This document shows positions 19,521 through 27,850 of a stretch of 64,000 nt of DNA, one piece after another. Both the position numbers and the translations under genes were made by a program. The notes beneath the pieces were generated by a model. That model was not told the origin of the DNA and searched no databases. It saw only the letters and a list, made by a program, of their open reading frames with translations. Source of the DNA: Rhodospirillales bacterium (lineage in GTDB: Bacteria; Pseudomonadota; Alphaproteobacteria; Rhodospirillales; Shumkoniaceae). The stretch covers positions 4,463 through 68,462 of the forward strand of contig JAHDSF010000047.1 of assembly GCA_018432935.1 (NCBI GenBank), given 5' to 3'. The number at the start of each line of letters is the position of its first letter. Position 1 is the stretch's first letter.

Positions 19521-20573
19521 GTGTCAGGTCATGAAAGGCGCCTCGATCCAGGGTCACCAGAGGTCGCCGCGTTCCTTTCGCTTTCGGCCAGGCTGGGGCG
19601 CAACCCCGCCCTGATCCAGGCGAGCGGCGGCAACACGTCGTGCAAGCTGGACGGCTGCCTGTGGATCAAGGCTTCCGGGAAGCTCCTTGCGGACGCCGAG
19701 ACGGGCGAGGTCTTCGTTCCCCTTCACCTTGACGGGGTGCGGCATGCGATCGTGCGAGACGAGCGGGACCCGGTCTCGGCGCACGTGGAGGCAGGCTGGA
19801 GCCTGCGCCCCTCGATCGAGACGACGCTGCATGCGCTGCTGCCGCACCGCTTCGTCTTCCACGTCCATTCGGTCAACGTGCTGGCCTGGGCGGTGCGGAC
19901 CGACGGCCGGGACAGGATAGCCGAGCGCCTGCAGGGCCTGAAATGGGCCTGGGTGCCCTATGCACGCCCGGGACTGCCCCTCACCCGGGCGGTCGAAAAG
20001 GCAGCCCGCGAAAACCCCGACATCCTCGTGCTCGCCAACCACGGCGTGGTCGTCGGGGGCGAATCGTGCGCCGAGGCCGAACGGCGGCTGGACGAGGTGG
20101 AACGCCGGGTCGCTTCGGCCCCGCGCCCGGTTGCCGACAGGCCCGGGGACGCGCTGCTCCCGCTTGCCGACGGCACCCGGTTCCGGCTGCCGGCCGATCC
20201 GGCCCTGCACTCGCTGGGCCTCGATGCCGCGATGCTCGAGGCTGCCCGGCGGGGCGCCCTTTACCCGGATCACGTCGTATTCCTGGGACCGGTCGCGCCG
20301 GTCGCACCGTCCGCCGACCAGGTCTGGTCCGTGGCCGACAGACATGCCCGCAGCACCGGCGAAGAGCCGCCCTATATGCTGGTCGCCGGGGTCGGTGTGC
20401 TGCTGCGGGCGAAGGCGCCGTTCGGGACGGACGAGATGTTGCGCTGCCAGGTCGACGTCCTGGCGCGTATCCCCCCGGACACATCGCTGCGCTATCTTGG
20501 CGACACCGACGTCGCCGAGCTTGTCGACTGGGACGCCGAGAAGTACCGCAAGGCCCTCAACCAGCAAGCTTGA
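19521..20573 (+). CDS. Class II aldolase/adducin-domain protein with C-terminal extension (resembles the aldolase half of bifunctional rhamnulose-1-phosphate aldolase/dehydrogenases)
   Basis: ORF 19485..20573 with motifs QASGGNTSCK, PSIETTLH, FHVHSVN and LANHGVVVGG. Start taken at GTG 19521, preceded by AAGGAG with a 6-nt spacer. Confidence 0.8.
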   Translation: MSGHERRLDPGSPEVAAFLSLSARLGRNPALIQASGGNTSCKLDGCLWIKASGKLLADAETGEVFVPLHLDGVRHAIVRDERDPVSAHVEAGWSLRPSIETTLHALLPHRFVFHVHSVNVLAWAVRTDGRDRIAERLQGLKWAWVPYARPGLPLTRAVEKAARENPDILVLANHGVVVGGESCAEAERRLDEVERRVASAPRPVADRPGDALLPLADGTRFRLPADPALHSLGLDAAMLEAARRGALYPDHVVFLGPVAPVAPSADQVWSVADRHARSTGEEPPYMLVAGVGVLLRAKAPFGTDEMLRCQVDVLARIPPDTSLRYLGDTDVAELVDWDAEKYRKALNQQA

Positions 20574-20595
20574 GAGAAAGGTCGCGAAAGCCGCC

Positions 20596-21276
20596 ATGCC
20601 AATCAGTGTGCCTGATCAGAGTCAGGTCTCGATCGCCGAGAAGATCGTCGAGGCCTTGACCCGCGACATCAGCGAAGGCGAGCTCATTCCCGGCACCAAG
20701 CTGGAGGAGCAGGCGCTCGCGAAGCGCTTCGGCGTGTCCCGCACGCCGGTGCGCGAGGCGATCCGCATGATGGCCGCCAACGGGTTACTCGACATCCGTG
20801 GCCGGCGCGGCGTCTACGTGACCCAGATCACGACCGAGGAACTCGCCGAGATGTTCGAGGCGATGACCGAGATCGAGGCGCTTTGCGCCATGCTGGCCGC
20901 CCATCGCATGAGCCTGTTCGAGCGCCTGCAGCTCGAGGAGGCGCACCGCCAGTGCGGGCTCGCCGCCGAAGCCAGGGACATCCGGACTTACATCCGCTGC
21001 AACGAGCAGTTCCACGAAATCATCTACCGCGGCACCCATAACCGCTATGTCGCCGATATCGCTCGCGGGTTCCGCTTCCGCACGGCGCCGTTCCGGAACA
21101 CCCGCTTCACCAGCGCGGAAAGCCTCGAGGCTTCCTACGAGGCCCACAAGCAGATCATCGAATCGATCAACAGCACCCAGTCCAAGGATGCGTACGCGAT
21201 CATGCGGTCCCATTCGTCGCGGTCCGGACAGAGCATCCTGAGATCGGGCCTGGCCGAGAGCGGGGCCAAGCCCTGA
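20596..21276 (+). CDS. GntR family transcriptional regulator (FadR/FCD subfamily)
   Basis: Uses an internal ATG of ORF 19960..21276 (MPISVPDQSQVSIAEKIVEAL...). Winged HTH LAKRFGVSRTPVREAIRMMAANGLL plus a helical FCD-like C-terminal domain. Confidence 0.9.
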   Translation: MPISVPDQSQVSIAEKIVEALTRDISEGELIPGTKLEEQALAKRFGVSRTPVREAIRMMAANGLLDIRGRRGVYVTQITTEELAEMFEAMTEIEALCAMLAAHRMSLFERLQLEEAHRQCGLAAEARDIRTYIRCNEQFHEIIYRGTHNRYVADIARGFRFRTAPFRNTRFTSAESLEASYEAHKQIIESINSTQSKDAYAIMRSHSSRSGQSILRSGLAESGAKP

Positions 21277-21295
21277 CCGGGCCTTCGAAGCCGTC

Positions 21296-21325
21296 TTGTC
21301 GACAAAAGCCGTCTCTAGTATACAA
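21296..21325. promoter_or_regulatory. Bipartite GntR-type operator/promoter motif (copy 2)
   Basis: TTGTCGACAA (21296-21305, perfect palindrome) and TAGTATACAA (21316-21325), with centres 20 bp apart. It lies 64-93 bp upstream of the MBL-fold gene. Core and spacing are the same as copy 1. Confidence 0.55.
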
Positions 21326-21388
21326 TAATTGCAGTCACGGTCCCCGCCGTTTTCGCCGCGCGCGACGTCGGGCTCAGAGGAGGAACGC

Positions 21389-22219
21389 ATGTCCGTCGAA
21401 AAGACCCGGATCTATCCCATCAATACCGGCTGGCTGGAAGGCGATCTCGGCACGTACATCTTCTGGAAGGGCAAGGCCGGAGAGAAGATCTGGAACCCGA
21501 CGCTGTGCTTCTACGTCGACACCGGCGAGCACAAGATCATGGTCGACACCGGCCTGTCGGACGAGGCGCGAGCCACCAAGTACCACCACAAGTGCCAGAA
21601 GCGCGGCTGCGTGGAGAGCCCCGAGGCGCTGCGGCGCCTGGGCGTCGACCCGGCGGAGATCGACATCGTGCTGTTCACGCACCTGCACTGGGACCACGTG
21701 CAGTGCATGAAGGAATTCAAGAACGCCCGCTACATCTGCACGCAGACCGAGCTGATGTGGGCGCACAATCCGCTGCCGCTCTATTACCGCTCCTACGAGT
21801 CGCCTGTCCTCGGCATCGAGGCGCCGTTCATCGGCTGCCATTTCGAACTGGTCGAAGGCGACACCGAGATCGTTCCCGGCGTCAGCGTCTTTCCGACCCC
21901 CGGCCATTGCCCGGGCCACCAGGCGGTGACGGTGAAGACCGTGGCCGGCGACATCGTGATCGCCGGCGACGCCATCTTCCAGTGGCGCAACATGGAACCC
22001 AACATGGAAGAGAAGTGGCGCTACTGGGTTCCCGCCCGCTTCGTCAGCTCGATCGACGGCTGGCGAAGCGTCGAGGAGATGGACAAGCGGGCGGACTTCA
22101 TCCTGCCCACTCACGAAGAGGGCGTGCTGGCCCACCCCGTCTATCCGTACGAGGGCATGCCGCTGCGCGAGCGCCGGAAGCCGATCCGCGGCGCCTCCTT
22201 CTTCTTCGGCGGGAACTGA
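21389..22219 (+). CDS. MBL-fold metallo-hydrolase (N-acyl-homoserine-lactonase-like / lactonase-like)
   Basis: ORF 21329..22219. Start taken at MSVEKTRIYPIN, preceded by GAGGAGGAA. The HxHxDH motif is present as LFTHLHWDHV, with a later GHCPGH. Confidence 0.85.
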   Translation: MSVEKTRIYPINTGWLEGDLGTYIFWKGKAGEKIWNPTLCFYVDTGEHKIMVDTGLSDEARATKYHHKCQKRGCVESPEALRRLGVDPAEIDIVLFTHLHWDHVQCMKEFKNARYICTQTELMWAHNPLPLYYRSYESPVLGIEAPFIGCHFELVEGDTEIVPGVSVFPTPGHCPGHQAVTVKTVAGDIVIAGDAIFQWRNMEPNMEEKWRYWVPARFVSSIDGWRSVEEMDKRADFILPTHEEGVLAHPVYPYEGMPLRERRKPIRGASFFFGGN

Positions 22220-22266
22220 CAGCACCGCCATACTCCGGACCCGCGACGAGAGTTGACCAGGAGCAG

Positions 22267-22283
22267 CTCGGCACGACGCCGAG
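22267..22283 (+). terminator. Possible intrinsic terminator after the MBL-fold gene
   Basis: CTCGGC-acgac-GCCGAG (6-bp stem) followed by the T-rich stretch tctgcttctgg. Confidence 0.35.
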
Positions 22284-22438
22284 TCTGCTTCTGGCGCCGC
22301 CCTGCCGATGGATCGGGGCGGGACGCCTCTGCTCCGTCACCGACGTCAGGTGTCCGCCAGCCCGGCCATGCGAGACTGTAGCCCGGCGCCCTCCTGATGG
22401 GCCTCAGCAGACGGGCGAATCGTCCCCACATTGGAGCA

Positions 22439-22861
22439 ATGCCGCTTCTCAGCATCGTGCTGATCGTGACCTTGCTTCCGCTCTGCGCCTATGCCGGCCT
22501 GGCTCTCGCCGTCGGCCGCGAGCGCGTCTGGGAAACCGTGTTCGGTTCAGTCGGGCCTCCCCCGTCGGATTCCGAGCGTTCGGCATGGATGCGTCTCCTC
22601 GAGCAAGAGGGCGCGCACCGCCTTGCCGAGACGGAAAACCAGATTGATGTGGAGGTCCGAACTCGATGGCTGCGGTTTCCCGACCACGTCACCATCAGGC
22701 TTCTGGCATTGCAGGATGGGTTCTCCACGGTCGTCGTCTACAGCCGGGCGGTGTACGGCCTCTACGATTTCGGCGTGAACCGAAAACGTGTTCGCTCCTG
22801 GCTGCAAGGACTGAAGGCCGAACTCGGATCGTTGCCGACCGACTCCGCTGGCCGCTCCTGA
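22439..22861 (+). CDS. DUF1499 domain-containing protein
   Basis: ORF 22397..22861 with an N-terminal TM helix (MPLLSIVLIVTLLPLCAYAGLALAV) and the block YSRAVYGLYDFGVNRKRV, reminiscent of DUF1499. Start at 22439 or 22397. Confidence 0.65.
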   Translation: MPLLSIVLIVTLLPLCAYAGLALAVGRERVWETVFGSVGPPPSDSERSAWMRLLEQEGAHRLAETENQIDVEVRTRWLRFPDHVTIRLLALQDGFSTVVVYSRAVYGLYDFGVNRKRVRSWLQGLKAELGSLPTDSAGRS

Positions 22862-22863
22862 TC

Positions 22864-23268
22864 GTGCTCGCGCTGGTCACCGCCAGACCAGCCGATGCGG
22901 CACAGCTGGCCGTCACCGTCCATAACGTCGCCAGTGATCTCGGGCGCGTCCTGGTCGCTGTCTGTACACCCGACAGTTTCCTGAAGGCGGGCTGCCCCTA
23001 CACGGCGGCGAAGCCTGCGCAGGCTGGCAGCGTGACCGTGATCGTCAGCGGAGTGCCGGCCGGCACCTACGCCGTCCAGGCCTTCCATGACGCGAACGAG
23101 AATTTGGATATCGATCGCAACTTCATCGGCTTGCCCACCGAGGGAATCGGCTTTGGCAACGATGCCCAGATGCGCTTCGGGCCGCCCCGCTATGCCGACG
23201 CGGCGGTCGCGATCGACGAACCGATCACGCGAACCGCCTTGAGCCTGCGCTACTTCACGGGCCACTGA
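22864..23268 (+). CDS. DUF2141 domain-containing protein (secreted)
   Basis: C-terminal part of ORF 22666..23268 with blocks FHDANENLDIDRNFIGLPTEGIGFGND. The only canonical in-frame start after the DUF1499 stop is GTG 22864. However, the in-frame upstream residues RLRWPLLIVLALVTARPADA look like the true signal peptide. Confidence 0.6.
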   Translation: MLALVTARPADAAQLAVTVHNVASDLGRVLVAVCTPDSFLKAGCPYTAAKPAQAGSVTVIVSGVPAGTYAVQAFHDANENLDIDRNFIGLPTEGIGFGNDAQMRFGPPRYADAAVAIDEPITRTALSLRYFTGH

Positions 23269-24737
23269 ACCCGATCCCGAAGAGCCCGCAGCAGCGCCAG
23301 AACGGCTGACCGCCGGACGGCGCCGCGGCCGTGGATTGCCCGCAATGCCGCCTGCATCAGAGCTTCGTCGCCCCTGCCCAGAGGATCGAAATGCACGTAC
23401 AGACGCCCGCGCCGGACGCTTACGGTCTTCACCCGGGTCATCTCCAGCAGTCCTTCGGCTCCCCGGGTCACCCCCCAGCCGCTGTTGTGCCGGCCACCGA
23501 ACGGCAGGCGCGGGTCGGCGGTCGGCACGATGAGATCGTTGATGGTCACGCTCCCCGCGTCGACCCGGCAGGCGAGACGCCTGGCGGCCGACTCGAGCCC
23601 GAAGATCGACGCGCCAAGGGCAAAGGGGCTTTGGGCGCAGACAGCCAGCGCCTCCTCCTCGTCCGCGACCGGAACCAGGCTCAATACCGGAGCGAAGAAT
23701 TCCTCGTGCAGCAACTCCATGCCGGGCCGAACATCCGCGACGACCAGTGGCGTCATCGTCGCCTCGCCAGGGTCGGGAGTGGTGCCGACCAGCCGCGCCC
23801 CCGACCCGATGGCGTCGTCGAGCAGCCGCTTGACTTTCCTTCGTGCGCCCTCCGACACCGGGACCGGCAGCGCCACGCGAAGGGCTTCAGCGAGCTTCTG
23901 CTCCAGCGCGAAGGCGTCCCTGCGTGATATGAACACCCTCCGCGGAGCAATGCACGTGGCCGATCCGTTCAGTCGCAAGCCAAACTGCAGGGCTCGGGAA
24001 ACCAGGTCGAGGTTGGCGCCGGGCAGAACGAAGACGGCATCGTTCCCCGACAACTCCATCGTCGCAGGAACAATCTGGCGCTTCAGGGCGGCCATCAGGC
24101 GCCGGCCTGTCTCGGCAGACCCCGTCAGCACCAGCTTGTCGACGCCGGCGGCAATGGCCGTCGTCGCGTCTTCGGGCCGGTCGCCGAGGAGCTGCAGCAG
24201 CCGGTTCGGCAAGCCCGCATCCTCCAGCCAGCCGGCCAGCGCGGCCACCGGCGCAGCATAGCCAGGCGCCGGCTTGACCAGCACCGCATTTCCGGCGGCC
24301 AACGCCTGCAACAGCTGCACGCCCGGCAGCAGCAAGGGGTAGTTGGAGGGGCCGATGACCAGAACAATACCGAAGGGTTCCCGCCTCACCTCTGCCGTGA
24401 CTCCCGGAAGCCACGCCGGCCGGCCGCGTCGGCCAACGCGGCGCGGCGCCAGCAGGCGGGCCGCCTCCCGTTCCAGAAAACGGCAGGCCTCCGCCAGCGG
24501 GATGATCTCGGCGGCCAGGCTTTCGGCCGGCTGGCGTCCCGGAACCGTCGCCAGACTGTCGACCAGCAGCTTGGCCTCGTCCGCAATCCGATGGCGCAAT
24601 GCGCGGATCACCTGAACCCGTTTCGCAACCGGGATTGCCGCCCAGTCAATTTGCGCTTGCCGCATTTCCACCATTGGTGGACGCATCGCCCCGCCAAAGG
24701 AGGTGAGCGTGTTGTTGTGCTCCATTTGCCGGTCCAT
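23250..24737 (-). CDS. aldH: Aldehyde dehydrogenase family protein (candidate diapocarotenoid aldehyde dehydrogenase)
   Basis: ORF 23250..24764 with ALDH blocks VLVKPAP, MELSGND (catalytic Glu region) and NGSATCIAPRR (catalytic Cys). The start is uncertain. MDRQ at 24737 has GAGG 6 nt upstream; other ATGs lie at 24764, 24725, 24686 and 24665. Confidence 0.8.
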   Translation of the reverse strand: MDRQMEHNNTLTSFGGAMRPPMVEMRQAQIDWAAIPVAKRVQVIRALRHRIADEAKLLVDSLATVPGRQPAESLAAEIIPLAEACRFLEREAARLLAPRRVGRRGRPAWLPGVTAEVRREPFGIVLVIGPSNYPLLLPGVQLLQALAAGNAVLVKPAPGYAAPVAALAGWLEDAGLPNRLLQLLGDRPEDATTAIAAGVDKLVLTGSAETGRRLMAALKRQIVPATMELSGNDAVFVLPGANLDLVSRALQFGLRLNGSATCIAPRRVFISRRDAFALEQKLAEALRVALPVPVSEGARRKVKRLLDDAIGSGARLVGTTPDPGEATMTPLVVADVRPGMELLHEEFFAPVLSLVPVADEEEALAVCAQSPFALGASIFGLESAARRLACRVDAGSVTINDLIVPTADPRLPFGGRHNSGWGVTRGAEGLLEMTRVKTVSVRRGRLYVHFDPLGRGDEALMQAALRAIHGRGAVRRSAVLALLRALRDRVQWPVK

Positions 24738-24784
24738 GTATCGCCTCGACCGGAACGTTTGCATGATCGAGGACTACGGCAAGA

Positions 24785-26332
24785 ATGCATCGACGCGTCG
24801 TGATCATAGGGGCGGGGCCCGGTGGTCTGGCCGCCGCCATGCTTCTCGCGTTGACCGGCGCCCAAGTCACGGTTCTGGAGAAGCGCAGCCGCGTCGGCGG
24901 ACGGACCGCCACACTGGAGATCGGGGGATTTCGCTTCGATGCAGGCCCCACCTTTTTCCTGTATCCCCGGGTTCTCGAGGAGATCTTCGCAGCTTGCGGG
25001 TGGCGCCTGGCGAACGAGGTGGAGCTGATCCGCCTCGACCCGCTCTACCGTCTGGTATTCGAGGGCGGCGAACACCTGCGCATGTATTCCGATCACCAAC
25101 GCCTTGCGGCAGAGCTGGGACGTCTCAGCCCGCCCGTTGCCCAGGAATTCCCCCGGTTCCTGGCCGACAACAATGCCAAGCTGGAGGCTTTCAGGCCGAT
25201 TCTCGGGTCCTCATTCGACGGCGTTCGGGATCTGCTCACAGGGCCGGTACTGAAGGCTCTGCGGCATCTCCGCCCGCACCTGTCGCTGGACGAGGATTTG
25301 TCTCGCTACTTCTCGGATCCTCGCATCCGGCTCGCCTTTTCGTTCCAGAGCAAGTACCTGGGAATGTCGCCCTATCGGTGCCCCAGCCTGTTCTCGATCC
25401 TGTCGTTCCTGGAGCACGGCCACGGGGTCTTTCACCCCCGCGGGGGGTGCGGCGCTGTCACGGAAACGATGGCACGGCTCGCACGTGCGATGGGGGTAGC
25501 GATCCGGACCGATGAAGCGGTGCGTCACATCAGGTTTGCAGAACGGCGGGCGGTGGAGGTGCGCACCGATCGCAGCGAATATCCGCTCGACGCCCTTGTC
25601 ATCAATGCCGATTTCGCAAAGGCGATGATGACGCTGGTCCCCGACGACCTGCGCCGGCGCTGGTCGGACTCGCAGATCGCCCGCAAGAAGTTCTCCTTCT
25701 CGACCTTCATGATGTATCTCGGCATCGAGGGGCGGGTCGATCAGCTCGACCACCATACCATCTACCTGGTCGGGGATTACGCGCGGAACCTTGCCGAGGT
25801 CGAAGCCGGACGGGAGTTGCCGCAAAGCCCCTCCTTCTACGTTCAGAATGCGTGCGTCACCGATCCGAAACAGGCGCCTGCGGGCTGCAGTACCCTCTAT
25901 GTCCTCGTCCCGGTCGGCCATCAAAGCGGCCATGTCGACTGGCTGGTCGAGAAGACCCGCTTCCGGGCGCTCGTCCTGAGGAGCCTGGAAAAGCTTGGGA
26001 TCGATAATCTGGAAGCCCGGATCAAGGTCGAGCGGATCGTCACCCCGGCCGATTGGGAACGCGACTTTGCCCTTTATCGTGGCGCTACGTTCAATCTCGC
26101 GCACAGCTTGGACCAGATGCTGCACCGGCGCCCGCACAACCGTTTCGAGGATCTGGACGGCGTTTACCTTGTCGGCGGCGGCACCCACCCCGGCAGCGGC
26201 CTGCCGGTGATTTTCGAGAGCGCCCGCATTACCGCCCGTCTGCTCGCCAACGACCTGGGCCTTGCGGCGCCCTGGCCCGAGCAGGCGGGGGCCGAGGCCG
26301 CACTGCCGAGTCTGGAGAGAAGCGCTTCATGA
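24785..26332 (+). CDS. crtN: CrtI-family desaturase, CrtN-like (4,4'-diapophytoene/dehydrosqualene desaturase)
   Basis: 515-aa ORF with FAD motif VVIIGAGPGGLAAA. The block FSFQSKYLGMSPYRCPSLFSILSFLEHGHGVFHPRGG parallels my recollection of S. aureus CrtN (FQTLYIGIDPKRGPSLYSIIPMIE...). The C-terminus has GGGTHPGSGLP. Confidence 0.8.
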   Translation: MHRRVVIIGAGPGGLAAAMLLALTGAQVTVLEKRSRVGGRTATLEIGGFRFDAGPTFFLYPRVLEEIFAACGWRLANEVELIRLDPLYRLVFEGGEHLRMYSDHQRLAAELGRLSPPVAQEFPRFLADNNAKLEAFRPILGSSFDGVRDLLTGPVLKALRHLRPHLSLDEDLSRYFSDPRIRLAFSFQSKYLGMSPYRCPSLFSILSFLEHGHGVFHPRGGCGAVTETMARLARAMGVAIRTDEAVRHIRFAERRAVEVRTDRSEYPLDALVINADFAKAMMTLVPDDLRRRWSDSQIARKKFSFSTFMMYLGIEGRVDQLDHHTIYLVGDYARNLAEVEAGRELPQSPSFYVQNACVTDPKQAPAGCSTLYVLVPVGHQSGHVDWLVEKTRFRALVLRSLEKLGIDNLEARIKVERIVTPADWERDFALYRGATFNLAHSLDQMLHRRPHNRFEDLDGVYLVGGGTHPGSGLPVIFESARITARLLANDLGLAAPWPEQAGAEAALPSLERSAS

Positions 26333-27846
26333 TTTCGGACCGGGTGGCCGTGATTGGCGGGGGGCTGGGAGGTCTCGCCGCGGCGGTCGTACTGGCGGCG
26401 CGCGGCCACCAGGTCGTGCTGTTTGAAAAAAACCCGTGGCTTGGCGGCAAGGCTGCGGTCCTGCGAGAGGGCGGCTATCGCTTCGACATGGGACCGACCA
26501 TTCTGACGGTTCCGCGCGTCCTGCGTCGGATCTTTCAGGAGGCCGGCCGCGACCTGGAACAGGAACTGCCGTTGGTGCGCCTCGATCCGCAATGGCGGTG
26601 CTTTTTCGACGACGGCGCGGTGCTGGATCTGGTTGAAGACCCGGACACGATGGCGGCCGCCTTCGACCGCTTTTCTCCCGGTCACGGGATCGGCGACGGC
26701 TATCGCCGGTTCCTGGCGCGATCCCAAAGGCTTCACGACATCTCGGAACGGTTCTTCTTCTGGAAGCCCGTCGGAGACATCAAGGACACCATCGATTTCC
26801 GGCGCAACTTGAACCCGGCCGTGCTGGCCGATGTGCTGGCTCTTGGCTTGGGCACCACCGTGGCCGAGACCATTCGCCGACATGTGCCCGAGGCGCGGGT
26901 CGCCCAGATGCTGGACCACTTCACCCAGTATGTCGGATCGTCCCCTTATGGCTCTCCTGCCGTGCTGTGCGCCATCGCCCACATGCAGACCAGCGAGGGC
27001 GTCTGGTATCCCGTCGGCGGTACTGGGGCCGTGCCTCTGGCGCTGGAAAAGCTGGCGCGAACCCTCGGCGTCGAATTTCGGCTGGGAAGCGGCGTCTCAC
27101 GCATCGTCCTCGAGAAGGGCCGGGCGCGGGCCGTGGAGATCGAAGGCCATGAACGGCTGCCGGTCTCTGCCGTCGTCTCCAACATGGATGCGATTCGCAC
27201 CTATCGGGATCTGGTCGGCGGCACGCCGGCGGCGCGGTTCCTCAGGCGTCGCCGCCAGGAGCCAGCCTGCTCCGGCGTGGTGTTCTACCTGGGTCTTTCG
27301 CGACGCTACGACCATCTGCTGCACCACGACTTCGTCTTTTCCCGCGACCCCAAGGAAGAGTTCGACTGGATCTACCGACGGGGCGAACCGGCTCCAGATC
27401 CCAGCTGCTATCTTGCGGCCCCGGCCCGCAGCGATCCCACCGTCGCTCCCCCGGACGGGGAGGCGTTGTATGTGCTTGTCCACACCCCCTACCTGCGCCC
27501 CCATCACGACTGGAAACGCCTGCTGCCCGAGTATCGCAGAACCGTCTTGGACAAGCTGAAACGAACGGCCGGTCTGGCCGATCTCGAGGATCGCATCCGC
27601 TTCGAGCGTGTGCTCACGCCGCTGGACATCCATCAGCGCTATCAGGTCCTCGATGGCGCCATCTACGGGTTGGCCAGCCATGGCCGTTTTGTCGGTGCCT
27701 TCAAGCCCGGCAATCGGTCCCGCGAGGTTCCGGGCTTGTATCTGGCCGGAGGCGCCGCCCACCCCGGCCCCGGAATGCCGATGGTGCTGATGTCCGGCTG
27801 GATCGCCGCCGATACGCTGGACAGGGATCTGACCCAGGGGGGATAG
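26329..27846 (+). CDS. crtP: CrtI-family oxidase, CrtP-like (4,4'-diaponeurosporene oxygenase)
   Basis: Uses an internal ATG of ORF 26053..27846 (MISDRVAVIGGGLGGLAAA). The blocks RLDPQWRCFFDDG and QYVGSSPYGSPAVLCAIAHMQTSEGVWYPVGG parallel my recollection of S. aureus CrtP. The start overlaps the crtN stop (ATGA at 26329-26332). Confidence 0.8.
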   Translation: MISDRVAVIGGGLGGLAAAVVLAARGHQVVLFEKNPWLGGKAAVLREGGYRFDMGPTILTVPRVLRRIFQEAGRDLEQELPLVRLDPQWRCFFDDGAVLDLVEDPDTMAAAFDRFSPGHGIGDGYRRFLARSQRLHDISERFFFWKPVGDIKDTIDFRRNLNPAVLADVLALGLGTTVAETIRRHVPEARVAQMLDHFTQYVGSSPYGSPAVLCAIAHMQTSEGVWYPVGGTGAVPLALEKLARTLGVEFRLGSGVSRIVLEKGRARAVEIEGHERLPVSAVVSNMDAIRTYRDLVGGTPAARFLRRRRQEPACSGVVFYLGLSRRYDHLLHHDFVFSRDPKEEFDWIYRRGEPAPDPSCYLAAPARSDPTVAPPDGEALYVLVHTPYLRPHHDWKRLLPEYRRTVLDKLKRTAGLADLEDRIRFERVLTPLDIHQRYQVLDGAIYGLASHGRFVGAFKPGNRSREVPGLYLAGGAAHPGPGMPMVLMSGWIAADTLDRDLTQGG

Positions 27847-27850
27847 GGCT

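Noticed and set aside
22666-22863. ATG at 22666 as the start of the DUF2141 gene
   Set aside because: It would overlap the DUF1499 gene by 196 nt and add a 65-aa Arg-rich extension in front of an otherwise typical signal peptide.
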